Part shown: positions 50,300 to 62,455 of the stretch, in pieces
Position numbering within the stretch: position 1 is the first letter of the stretch
Layout: every line of letters begins with the position of its first letter
Assembly: GCF_006345805.1 (NCBI RefSeq)
Contig: NC_042997.1
Span: forward strand, 19,468,001 to 19,532,000
Origin: Octopus sinensis
Taxonomy: Eukaryota
Direction of reading: 5' to 3'
Length of the DNA stretch: 64,000 nucleotides
Made by a program: the position numbers and the translations under genes
The notes under the pieces: generated by a model
The model's input: the letters and a program-made list of their open reading frames with translations, nothing else
What the model was told of the DNA's origin: nothing
Databases searched by the model: none

Positions 50300-50798
50300 C
50301 AGTTCTGTGTAAAAGTTTTTGGTCACTGTAAATTATTGCCATCTTATAAGTGGATATTTCGCATTGTGTTTTTTACAGGTAAAACATTGGCTCTGTTGGA
50401 GTCATTTCCATACTTAATTATATTTGTAGTAGGAGTTCTGAACGAGAGGGGAAGATGCAAGACAACCACCCAAAATGTCTGTGCAAAAGTTTTCAGCCAC
50501 CTGTAATAAATTTTCATTCTAGACATTTTTCTGCTTTAAAATACTGTATTTTGATTGGTTTATGTGAGGTGACTGAAAACTTTTGCATAGCTGTTTTGGG
50601 TGGTCATCTTACATCTTCTCCTCTCATTCAGAACCCTAACTACAGAATATAATGATTAGGTATGGAAATTACTCCAACAGGGCCAATATTTCATCTGTAA
50701 AAAACACATTGGGAAACATTCACTTATAAGCTGGCAATTAGAAGAAATTTATAAATTTACAATAGTTTAAAGTGGCCAAAGACTTTTTCACGGTACTG
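50300..50798. mobile_element. Tc1-type IR/DR MITE with ~200-bp TIRs
   Basis: TA|CAGT.CTGTG..AAAGT termini. Outer and inner direct repeats tgtg(c/t)aaaagtttt..(c/t)cac in each arm. Confidence 0.75.
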
Positions 50799-50950
50799 TG
50801 TGTATGTGTATATATGTATATATATATATATCATCATCATCATCGTTTAACGTCCGCTTTCCATGCTAGCATGGGTTGGACGGTTCAACTGGGGTCTGGG
50901 GAGCCCGAAGGCTGCACCAGGCCAGTCAGATCTGGCAGTGTTTGACTGGC

Positions 50951-50988
<38 letters not shown>

Positions 50989-52611
50989 TATATATACATG
51001 CATATGTTTACTTACTTACACACATACACACACATTATTTAGAAATAATTTGCAGATACATGCACTACCAGTTGAAAAATCCACAAAGCCAAACACTACT
51101 AAGCTTATGGAGTCATAAGGAGAGAATGAACACCATTTGAGGACCTTTCTCTCATTGACATTGTTCTCTGGCCCCCACTCACTGAGATAAGGCCCTACTT
51201 GCTAAATCAACTGGCTACAAGACTTCACTCAATATTCTTCTTGTCATTGATCAGTCTTTTTTTTAACCATATCCAGTGGTTAACCTTCTCCACTGTAGCC
51301 TGGTGTCTCTCATGGTGAAATTTGCTTTATGTTGTATTAGGTCCTAGCTACAACAACTATTGCCTCATACTGTTTTCAATGAGAACTCATTGGTTTTAAC
51401 ATAAGAACAATGACACACAAAGAACCAGGAAGGAAACCTCTACAAGTTAATTAATATGCTAGAAATGGCAAGCAAATTGCCTTCAAGTCATACACACTTT
51501 TTAAATTAAGTAAAGCAAACACTGAATAATATGATACTACATATGCATAGAGCAGATATGATGATTGTGGTTGAAATACCTTTTGTAATATATCTGCTTC
51601 ATCAGATATGACCAGTGGTTAAACACCAACATAAATATACAACTTGAACTAAACACTCATTATAGCTTCACTAATTGCAGGTGAATGTAATTTCAGGCTA
51701 TAACACAAGTGATAAGAAACAATACTAGTTTTACTATCTCATTGCCAAAACCTTTTACAATGCTATTTGTGCTAACAATTGCAAAAATATATTTCTTGTA
51801 ATTTCATGTTTTTCTTTCATTATCTAAGAATTACACAGCTCAAATAATTCTGTAAAATTCAAAACTTTGCCTGAGGGCTCTTTTACAACTAAATGTCAGT
51901 ACTAGTATTAAGTTATTTACTATGTACTGAAGTTGGTACTTAATTTTCAGTTAATACTGGAACGATTCTGAGTACCCTTAGGACATAGTACAATGCTTAT
52001 GACAGCATTTTAGCACAATAACTGTACATAGGGTAAAGATTATTCAATTTGATGTGTAAGCAATATAGACTTGTTGAAATATACATTATTTCTTATTGAT
52101 TCACAGAACTGTATTACTTCTTTTACTCAAACAGTGTTGGAAATGAGTATAACATACAAATATACAAACACATATTTATACAAAATCAACAAACTTTCAT
52201 CTTAAAATGGGCATGCATTTGATATTTACTGTTATGTAATTTTAGAGACAAAATTACTCAGAGATTCCATCTGCATGAAAAAATAGTAGTTAAGTTTATG
52301 CTACTATATATAATGCAGTGAATACTAAAAAGCTAATTAGAAATGATTATGTGGTGAGGAAAAGACAACCTTAGTCAATGATTAATAATTTAATTACTCC
52401 AGCAAGTAGAAGAGAACTCAAATGTGTTGGCCTAATTATTTAGTGTTGAAACTAAAAGAAATTTTATCAACATTTCTCAAAAATAAATGAAAATTTAAAA
52501 TGCATAACCTTTAATTGTTTTAACAGCAAGGCTAAAAATGGGACCATAATTTTCTTGACGATACTTACATGCATAGATACATACATATATATATATATAT
52601 ATATACATACC

Positions 52612-52995
52612 ATTTATCTTTTACCTTTTACTTGTTTCCATCATTAGACTGTGGCCTTACTGGAGCACAACCTTGGAGAATTTTTAGCTGATTGAATCGA
52701 TCCCAGCATTAATTTTGTTTAAGCCTATTATTTATTCTCTTAGTCTTTTTGTCAAATCACTACATAACAGACGTAAACATGCCAGCACCAGTTAACAGCA
52801 GTGGTGCAAGACAAACAGACACAAACACACACACACTCACATGGACTTCTCTCAGATTCCGTCTACCAAATCAGCTCACAAAGCTTTGATCAGCCTGAGG
52901 CTGCTGTGGAAGATACTTGTGCAAAGTGCCATGTAGAGGGACTGAACCTGGAACCACATAGTTGGGAAGCTAGCTTCTTACCATGTAGCCACACC
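52612..52995 (-). mobile_element. SINE family 1, degenerate
   Basis: Homologous to the reverse complement of 4554-4957. Confidence 0.75.
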
Positions 52996-53026
52996 ATATA
53001 TGTGTGTGTGCGTTTGTGTGTGTGTG

Positions 53027-53250
53027 TATGGCAAATGAAAGACAGAAGATGGAACATACAAGAATTTATTATTAATCATGACAATTGTTTTGACACATAT
53101 AACATCGATTCCTCATCTGCACCATGGATGCTCCTGAACCAGTTGTTGAGTGTCCCACCCATGAAGAATCGATACTAGATGTGTTGAAACAATTGTCATG
53201 ATTAATAATAAATTATTGTATATTCCATCTTCTCTCTGTCATTTGCTATA
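53027..53250. mobile_element. Fold-back element with 90-bp arms and HHR-like half motif
   Basis: Arms 53027-53116 / 53161-53250. The right arm has GAAA-CAATTG-TC. Confidence 0.6.
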
Positions 53251-53419
53251 TACCTAATGATCACTGTGAAAGTGACTATGCTTTACCATTAAGCTACCAG
53301 GTGTAAGCCATTCATTTTATTATCCATTATGTATATGTATATACACACACACACTAGTGAGTATATATATATATATATAGATGTATGTATACACACACAC
53401 ACTAGTGAGTGAGTATGTG

Positions 53420-53472
<53 letters not shown>

Positions 53473-53536
53473 TAGTAAGTAGACAAATGAAAGAAAGGCA
53501 CTCAACACATTTATTTGGGGTTAAATGTATAGATCC

Positions 53537-53678
53537 AAACAGCTTGATTCAGAATCTTTGGTGCTTTGACTTTCAAGCACGTGGCTAGTCGTCGGTTATT
53601 GAAGTCTGTACCCCAATGGCTGAAGAGTAGCCATGTGATTGAAACTCAGAGATCCAAGGATTCTGAATCAAACTGTTT
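53537..53678. mobile_element. Head-to-head pair of decayed HHR repeats
   Basis: Plus: CTGAAGA-gtagccatgtgatt-GAAAC. Minus: ccgacga-ctagccacgtgctt-GAAAG-TC. Both share the tail ccaa.gattctgaatca. Confidence 0.55.
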
Positions 53679-54344
53679 TGAGATATATATATATATGTAA
53701 AAGTACATAGATACATAGATATGTATATATATTTCATCATCATCAACATTATTTAATATCATTTTCCATGGTGGCATAGTTTCACAAGATCCAACAAGAA
53801 GCAGGATTATGCTGAGCTCCAGCAACAGCTTTGGAATGGTTTCTAATTCCGAATGGCCATCTTAACACCAACCATTTTACAATGCACATTGAGTGCTTTT
53901 TCATGCTACTAGTACTAGTAAAGTTGCCAAGTTTACTTGCAAGATAGGTAAAGAAGAAAAAGCTACCACTGTTAAACAGAAGGGGAGATAGTTTCATGTC
54001 ACATGTTAAAATGCTAAAGTAGACAATCTGTGGGGAGAGGAAAAGTATTAGACATGGTTCGATTCATATCCACATAGGATTTTTAATGAAAATTTTGTAT
54101 TACTTGTGGTTAAGGGAGAAATGTTTTGAAAAAGCTTAAAAACTATTTTAACTATAAGTAAAATCATTTTGGCTCTAAGGAGGATTGCACCAGGTGTAAA
54201 CTTTTCTTCTGTTCTTTTAGGCTTGTGAAATGTCATCATTCATTATATATTTAATCCTTACACCAAAATAGAAAGAATTACCATAGAATTTTCCTTGTCA
54301 TCGTTGTTATTGTTATTATTATTATTATTACTATTATTATTATT

Positions 54345-54930
54345 CAACATTTGGTAGTTTCAGGCAAATTTCTGCAGCATCACTAGCTACACCTCCATGT
54401 TGCTGGAGTCTGTGCAACATTATATGTTCTTTTTAGCTGTTGGGAGTGTACAAACTATTCCTGGTTCTGTATTGCGACATTTTCACTTTTTTTAATGGTG
54501 TGTGGGACTGTCTTTTGTTGTATTAGTGTTTTATTGTGTGTGTGTGTAATGTGTTGCATATCTGGCTTGCCCTTGGATATTTGCTGTATAGAGTGTGTCT
54601 TGCATTTATGAATTATCTTGTTTAGGTTGTATTATCTTGCATAGGATGTGGGCTGTTCCTAGCAGGGATATGTTTTTTGGATAGTGTGTAGCACAGAGGA
54701 TCAAGGTATAGCTTCTACGTTTTTGTTCATATGTTTTTTGTTCTGCCCAATGCTCCAATTATTACTGGTATTGTTTTCACCTTCGTGCCTCACATCTCTA
54801 ATACTCCACTTTTGAGGTCTTTGTTCTTTGACAGTTTCTCTACTTCTTTTGGGTAATATTTTAGTCAGAAGGGCCTGCAATATCTACCAGTAAGCAGGTG
54901 GTTTTTCCCAATCCTTGATTATCCTTATTA
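54345..54930 (-). mobile_element. R4/Dong-clade 3' fragment
   Basis: EKLSKNKDLK...KVKTIPVIIGALG and SLLGTAHIL. Flanked by (TAA)n on both sides. Confidence 0.75.
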
Positions 54931-54944
54931 TTATTATTATTATT

Positions 54945-55480
54945 ACTCAGTAAGAGAGCAATGCATACCATCAAAATACCACTGCATTTTAAAATATACG
55001 AAGCCCAGTATACCGTTCATGACTACCCATCTGATAAGGGTACATCAGGCACATGCATCACAACCATATGTGCACAAAATGGTGATTTCATATCAAGATA
55101 AACAAAGCAAGACCTTGCAGGGAGGGGGGCCCAGTTAGAATTTTCTTCCAGATGAGTAGCTCATCTTGCTCAAAAGATCCATGAATAATGGTTGTTTAAC
55201 GATTTTGAATGAAACACCCATGTTTCTGAGGTGAATTATCCAAACCCCAAAGAATTCCTTTCAACACATGGCTATGATGCTCCCCCAACTACTTCTGCTT
55301 GTGATCAGTGATGTACATATCATCAGCCACTAAGGGATATGCTCAACAGTTTAAGGTCAAACAAGTGACAAGCAAATCTGTGGTATTGAGCAGAATATTT
55401 GCTGTAACCCATCATCTACATGATAACACTGCCAGTCAGTTAAGATCAGAAGCCATGAGAACTAATGCCTGATTCTGTAT
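54945..55480 (-). mobile_element. Unclassified ~530-bp interspersed repeat in (TAA)n
   Basis: GC-richer non-coding block bounded by trinucleotide repeats between two Dong fragments. Confidence 0.35.
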
Positions 55481-55539
55481 CAGAGGAGGAGTTGTCATCA
55501 TCGTCATTATCACCATCATCATTATTATCTCTTTATCAC

Positions 55540-56235
55540 ATGTTTTGTTGGAGCTACTGGAGTCTTGCATGCATAGTGGGCTTACTACCTGCAGCTGATG
55601 GTACCATGCTATTTGCTCTTTTCATCTATCTAATACTTTCCTGATTATTCTGGCCATGCCAAGGAGGCAAAACTTTTGTAACAGTTCTACTGGACACTAT
55701 TCCAATTTCCTTTATATTCCTCATGATGCCTTCTGATATTGTTCCAAAGGATCCAACAATAATTGGCACTATCTCTACCATCTTCATTTTCCATAGCCAG
55801 GCTATTTTGTACTTAAGAGGGTTCTATCTATCTATCTATCTTTACACCTTCCTTCTTGACTGTTCGTGAGTCAAAGGGGTATGCAACATCCACTATATAG
55901 CATATGTGGTACACCTTGTCAATCACCACTAGTTTCGGTCAGTTATGCTCAAGCACCTGATCTGTTTGGATTGGGAAATCCCAGAGGATTTTGAAAGTCT
56001 CCATCACCATCACTCTGTGGTTTGTGCTCATACCTAGTCTTGCCTGTCTTTAGGTCACACTTTTCACAATTTCCAATCAATAGAACACTTTCACTACCTG
56101 GTCAGTCACCACAACTTGTAATGGTTTTGGGCAAGTTTAGGGCATTCATTCATGATATGAGCAATGGTTTCATCCACTCTATTGCAGATGCAGCACAGCA
56201 GAGACACTTGCTCATTCCTAAGGTTGACCCTCTAT
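55540..56235 (-). mobile_element. R4/Dong-clade restriction-like endonuclease fragment
   Basis: KILWDFPIQTDQVLEHN*PKLVVIDK...CYIVDVAYPFD and LWKMKMVEIVPIIVGSFG. Abuts (TAA)n. Confidence 0.8.
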
Positions 56236-56249
56236 TATTATCATCATCA

Positions 56250-56292
<43 letters not shown>

Positions 56293-56302
56293 TTTTGCAG
56301 TG

Positions 56303-56490
56303 AGAAGGCATAATTGTTAGAGCGCCAGAACAAGATACTTTGTAGTATTTGTTCTGACTTTGCCTTGAGTTCAAATCCCACCAAGGTCAACTTCGTCTTT
56401 CATCCTTTTGGGTGTCGATAAAATAAAGTATCACTCAAGTACTTGGATCGATGGTATCAACTTGCCTTTTCTCCTAAAAATTGTTGGCCT
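56303..56490 (+). mobile_element. SINE family 2, degenerate
   Basis: gagttcaaatccc...ctttcatccttttgggtgtcgataaaataaagtatc. Confidence 0.65.
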
Positions 56491-57129
56491 ATTATTAGAA
56501 GTGATAGAAGCAGTAACAGTAGTTGTATGTCTTAAAGTATTATCTTTTTGATAAATTTGTATTGCTAATTTTCTTTCTATCAGTCAAACAAAATAAACAC
56601 ATTATTAGCTTTTATTATAATATAAACATTGGGTTTGCCTTCAGTCTTTCACCTTCTTCCAATTAAAACCTTTTGAGAAAATAACATGGATTTCTCTTTC
56701 TTCAACTTTTGTTCTTTCAAATTTGATTTATTACAAGATGAGAAACAAACAGTTTTTAGATAATCAAAGAACAATGCCATTTATTTTTTTACTGACTAAT
56801 GCAAGGTAGTCCTGTAATTTTCAACATTTATTGTTGAAGGATAATTTTTTGATTTTATTGAATTTTTACTACAATGGATTCCCTTTGACAAACATAACAA
56901 AGGATTTAAAACAGGAAAACTGAATGTTATTGGACAATTATTATTTGAATGTTATCTAGTAGAAATATTAATGTTTCAAAGTGCATGTCTGTAACTGAAA
57001 ATATAAATCCATAAGCAGACATATGCATGTATATTTATGTATATATAAGTGACAGAGAATGAAAAATATATAAATAGATATTTATAGATGCAGTGTGTGT
57101 GTGTGTATGTGTATATATATATTCTTATA

Positions 57130-57488
57130 TTCTTTTATTTCTTTATTTGTTTCAGTCATTTGACTACGGCCATGCTGGAACACCACCTTTAGTTAAGCAA
57201 ACCTTTGTAAGCTTAGTACTTATTCTAACGGAATCTTTTGCCTAACTGCTAAGTTACAGGGATAAAAACACACCAGCATCGGTTGTCAAGCAATGTTGGG
57301 AAGAAATGCAGACACACACACCTCCACACACATATATACAATGGGCTTCTTTCAGTTTCCATCTACTAAATCCACTCACAAGGCTTTGGTTGGCCCAAGG
57401 CTATAGTAAAATAGACAATGCCCAAGGTGCCATGCAGTGGAACTGAACCTGGAACCATGTGGTTAAGCAAGCTACTTACCACACATCC

Positions 57489-57490
<2 letters not shown>
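57130..57490 (-). mobile_element. SINE family 1
   Basis: Homologous to the reverse complement of 4554-4957. Confidence 0.8.
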
Positions 57491-57529
<39 letters not shown>

Positions 57530-57994
57530 TACATACATACATACATACATAGGTGTGGGTGCGTATACATATCGTCATTTAACATCTGCTTTTACATGCT
57601 GTATTAGGTTAAACATTTCAACAGGAGCTGGAAAGCCAGTGAACTGTGCCAAGCTCCAATATTTGGCATGGTTTCTACAGCTAGACGCTCTTCTTAATGT
57701 GAACCACTTTACAGAATGTAATGTGTGTATTTTACATAGCACTGGCACCAGCAATCTTACCAGTTAATTTGCAAGATAACACTCCCACATACTGAAAGAA
57801 GCAGCTTTATACCAATTGATAAGAAGTTAAAATATGATAGAAAAACAGGTACAGGTGTGTTACTGTTGTGGAGATACATGCACAAGTAGATAAAAAGATA
57901 TATATCCATATACATACATATATTGAATTCTGTGCAAAACGAATTAGTTGCAGCACAGACTTTCACACGATGGGTTTCGTCTCTCTATCATGGT

Positions 57995-58049
57995 AATGCA
58001 TGCTGAGGAAGGCTAAGCTATTATGTCAGTCCAGAAACCGGTCCACATG
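57995..58049 (+). ncRNA. Decayed hammerhead motif
   Basis: CTGAGGA ... GAAA-CCGG-TC with palindromic ACCGGT stem III. Stems I and II are partly mismatched. Confidence 0.4.
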
Positions 58050-58763
58050 AGTCTAAATGCTTGAATGTATGCTGGAAGATTGTCTTAGCCTGTTTGCCTT
58101 CAGATGGTTGATTTCTGTAGATATTATCAGTGTATTTTGGCAATTTAAATAAGAGTTTTGACTTATTTCCAGTAGGTAGACATACATGGTATGTCCTTTG
58201 ATAAATTTTAATCCTTCAACTATTTAATGCTTTTTGGGTGGGACCTCCAATCGCCTATATTATTGATTCTGTTATTTTTAAATTGATACGTTAGATAATA
58301 ACAGAATCAATGTATCTTCACAAATTATTTTTCTCATGAATTATTTGCTCCATATTGAAATATATGAATATATATATATATATATAATGTTAATCTTAGG
58401 CAAGTTATTTCCGAGTTCACAGGGGAGGGAATTTTAATTTAGAGGTACTAAAATGAATTAATCACTGTATTATATACATATAAATAGATAGGTTTAAGAG
58501 ACAGAAGCACCTCCAAGCAACTCAATCATCAGTGAATGACATTATCCACATTATGTACATTGAGGACTAAATATTAATTTTATCAAAATTGATACCTTCA
58601 ATTCTTATTCCAAATCATAGGTCGGTAAATAGGTAAACTAAATTACTCAACATATAAATTTTCAAAATATTTTAAAATATTTTGAAATAAGTAAAAGTCA
58701 GTAAAATTATTAAAACTCAGTAAAAATCTAATTTTTAAAATTATTTTTATAATTATAATACAA

Positions 58764-59800
58764 TTAATATATATTGATTATACTATTATTCTTAAAATTG
58801 GTGTTATTATTGTTATTAATTAAATCAGCATTATTATTATTATTATTATTTATTATATTGGGACTGCTAGGAGGTTGGTGTTGCTGTCTGGGTAAACTGG
58901 TTGTAAATACATGGTTCGGGTTTCTTTGTTGGAATAATTTGTTGGGGTGCTTAATTATGTTTGGCATGCTGGGGAGCTGGTTGTGCTGTCTGGGTAAATA
59001 GGTTGAGAATCTGTTGGTTGAGTTTCTTCGTTCAGGGGTAAAGGGGGTCTCATGGACGTTTCTAGTTGCTGGGGAGAAAAAAATTACTCCCAGCCCTAGG
59101 TTGGTTTCTTCTGACATTCCTTATTAGTGAGTTGTCCCTATTATTACATTGAGAATAGTTTACTTCCAGGTGAGAAGTCAATTTGGTGTGTTTGTGTTCT
59201 TTTGGAAGTTTATAGTTTGATCTAGGTGGATGTGTATTTATTTCTGTAGATGCAATTGTTCTGGATTTTTTCAGGGTGGGGTTATGTGAAGTGTCATCTC
59301 TTTTAAACTGAGTTTCATAACTAAGGAAGAAGGTAACACTGTTTCCCAACGTTACAGGGAATTTATTTCTTCTGACTCACAACTGTCTTTCCATAGTTTT
59401 ATATGTGTGGGTGTGCATGTATATGTGTGTTTATATATATATATAGTGTGGGGTTATCAATCTGGGCAAAATACTTCATAAGCATTCTGTTGGCATACGA
59501 GGCTAATAATATTAGTTAGATTAGTGAAGAACTCCAAGTAATCTTTTGGTAGGGACCCAAGTTTTGGTTCATCACAATTCTTTATTCCAGCAATGGCTCT
59601 GACGAAAGTAACACTAATTTTCTTAGGCTGTTCAATTTGCTCAATTGATCAACAGACCAATTGAGTAAACCTATCAATAATGACTACTGGAAACAGATGT
59701 AAACCAAATTTGCTCTAATGAAGGAATTATAAGTAATGACCATTATTTTTAAACTTGTTTCTTATAAATATAAGAACATTTATACTTATAAATTTACCTG
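58764..59800 (-). mobile_element. Degenerate PLE ORF N-terminal region (tentative)
   Basis: NGHYL*FLH*SKFGLHLFP resembles the PLE N-terminal HxxFLxxC...P motif, followed by an N/P/Q-rich low-complexity frame. An HHR lies nearby. Confidence 0.4.
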
Positions 59801-59940
59801 TCTTTTCACATAAACGCTGTGCATAGCATTTGAATTCAAAACTTTAATGTGTAGATAGAGGGTGAAACATTTCTCTTGCCTGTCAGGATTCATGCTAGCT
59901 CCAAGGTAAAGTCTTGATTCGATTTCTGTCTTTTGGAATA

Positions 59941-60005
59941 TTTCCTCTGATGAGACAAATGAGTGCCTTAAGAGGTCCTTAACGTTGAAATTGCAATAGG
60001 GAATT
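59941..60005 (+). ncRNA. Type I hammerhead ribozyme (canonical core)
   Basis: TTCCT-CTGATGA-GAC...GTT-GAAA-TTGCAA-TA-GGGAA, with perfect palindrome ATTGCAAT in stem III. Confidence 0.7.
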
Positions 60006-60300
60006 AAGCAGTTATTTTTAAGTTGAGGATTCTATTTGTCATGTCACCTGAAGACAATTTTTATCATGAGATTAAATAATATGAGTGATAAAATGGCTTT
60101 ATAGCGGTTTCAGCAGCTATTTTTAATATGCAAGGGTTTTGAAACCCGCTTAGTTATAATTGTGACTTGTTCATAATTATAAACGTTTTTTTTCTTCATA
60201 TCTTATGATAACATGTTTGGCCATTGATATATTCATAAATAATCTTAATTATTTATAACATATCCTCTGTAATGTTTTATTACATTACTTTCTATATATA

Positions 60301-61810
60301 TCTCTATATATAAAACTGAGAATGTGTGTCTGTCTGTGTGTTTCCCTAAAACTTGAGAAGTACACAACCAATTTCATTCAAATTTTACACATGCCTTATT
60401 TAGGGTCCGGAGAGTGTCATCGGCAAAATTTTTTTAACTTTTTGCCTAGGGTGAGCCCACAGCGATATCATATCTTCTCCACTACGATTCCCTAAAACTT
60501 GAGAACTACACAACCAATTTCATTCAATTTTACACATGCCTTAGTTAGGGTCCATGTAGTTTCATGGGCAGAAAAAATGTTCAACTTCTTGCCTAGAGCG
60601 AGCCCATAGCAATATCATATCTTCTCCACTATTTCAGTATTACGTGTTAAAAGTGAAACAAAAATATTTCTCTATTTTATATCAGATACTTTCACTTTAA
60701 CAATAAAAATTAGAGATAGTAATAACAATTGACTTATATGTAGTAAGTAATAATTAAAATCAAACTAAAGTATAATATAATCGTAACATAACAAAAATAA
60801 TAATAGCAATTGGTATAAAATTGCATCAATGACTTGAACTTGAATAAGTGGTTTCACATGAATGGGAATAAATTAAAAATAAAATTAGCGTTCAGAAATG
60901 GAATAGTCCAGATGGAGCTGCGCTTTTACATTAGATTATCTGCTAATTAGCTAGCATTAAGTATCTATATGAAGTTTGGCTGTATGTAATGTCTGTTTTC
61001 TCGAACGGCCGCTTCTACTGAGTACTGCTGTTGGTTTATTTCTTATACATAAAGGACTAAAGCTTCAACTGCTTATTGCTTTCTGATTCATCGTAAGGTT
61101 TGTTGTTATTATTATTACTGTTTAACTATTGTTATCACGTTTGTTGGTTCCTCGTAAAGGAAACATTGTTGTGTTGCATTTGGGAGAAGGAGCTTTAGTT
61201 ATTGTTTAAAAATTGAATTGTGTCCCTGTTTGGTGAAGTTGACAATATTTTCACAGTTTACACGGAAGCATTTTTGTTAGAATGCCTTCGATAGAAGAAA
61301 GTCCAAAAATGAATTTCGCTGCAGCCGTCGGTGGGCGCGAACTCATTGAAATTAAAATGGAAGAAATACGGATTGATCACCGACAAAGACGGTGAATCTA
61401 GGTTAACACCACCAAACGAAATAAAAAATTAAATTAAAGAAAAGACTATTGTCTATAAAGTGAACAATGTAGAGAAAAAAAAAAGATTTGAACACCTGGA
61501 GGAAAGCACAATCGAAAAGTGCCTTGGTGCGACTGTGAAAGATATCTAACTAGAGGCAGTAAATTCGCTACAATAGAAGCAAGGTTCGAGTCAACGGTGC
61601 ATGCAAGGGAGTACTCGACTCGAACCTTGCAAAGAGGAAATATTTTATTTTTACTTTTATATCTGGGATGTAGGATGTCCCGGATAAAAATTAAAAATAT
61701 CCCCCCAGAAGTAGAGGTAGGCTGGATTGTAGCCACACTTCTATACAAGAGGGAGGAGAGGATACAATTGATCGAAATTGCAAGAGACGGGCCTACAATT
61801 CCAGTCTGTT
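60301..61810 (+). mobile_element. Helitron-like non-autonomous element with internal ~150-bp duplication
   Basis: 5' TC(TA)n aaaactgagaatgtgtgtctgtctg start like 39593. 60342-60480 is repeated at about 60490-60630. 3' end degenerate. Confidence 0.45.
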
Positions 61811-62108
61811 ATATATTTTGAGTATTGTTATCACTAGCGATATCAAGATATAACTTTGTATTTTGTATTTTATGTATAGATGTATATATATAGCAATAAT
61901 AATTCTCTAAACGAGATATAGACAGTAACTGCTCCATAACAAAAGGGTCATTAGCCATTTGAATGTGGCTAGGGACAGGGCAGGGCGGTGGGGGTGTTAC
62001 TGATGCATTTAGCCCCAGGCGATCATCAACGTCACCAGATAGGCTTGACACCATCACGGTGTCCTCTATCCTGCAAAGGGAGATCATTCCCCGAAGAAGC
62101 GGATGCCA

Positions 62109-62153
62109 CATACGGACCCAGGTTTCAAGGTGTTTGCCTCTCGTCAACGTATG
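62109..62153 (-). ncRNA. Type I hammerhead ribozyme (C3U variant)
   Basis: CATACG-TTGACGA-GAGG(caaaca)CCTT-GAAA-C(ctgg)G-TC-CGTATG on the minus strand. Confidence 0.7.
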
Positions 62154-62359
62154 GTAGGCACCGCCCCTCGACGAACGACTCTCTGTGCAGGATATTTATA
62201 TATAGATTTTCACGTACATACATTTACTGATTTCGAAAAACATTCAAATGGCTAATGTCCCTTTTGTTATGGAGCAGTTACTGTCTATATCTCGTTTAGA
62301 GAATTATTATTGCTGTCGAACAGATTTTCGAAATCAGTAAATGTATTTACGTGAAAATC

Positions 62360-62369
62360 TATATATAAA
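62360..62369 (+). promoter_or_regulatory. TATA-like box inside the HHR unit
   Basis: TATATATAAA about 40 nt upstream of the HHR, mirrored in the inverted copy. Function inferred only. Confidence 0.25.
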
Positions 62370-62410
62370 TATCCTGCACAGAGAGTCGTTCGTCGAGGGG
62401 CGGTGCCTAC

Positions 62411-62455
62411 CATACGTTGACGAGAGGCAAACACCTTGAAACCTGGGTCCGTATG
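62411..62455 (+). ncRNA. Type I hammerhead ribozyme (C3U variant)
   Basis: Identical to 62109-62153. Predicted GUC cleavage after 62449. Confidence 0.7.

Noticed and set aside
61446-61821. Overlapping 100-aa ORFs as a Helitron Rep/helicase
   Set aside because: No Rep or Pif1 helicase motifs could be identified by eye.
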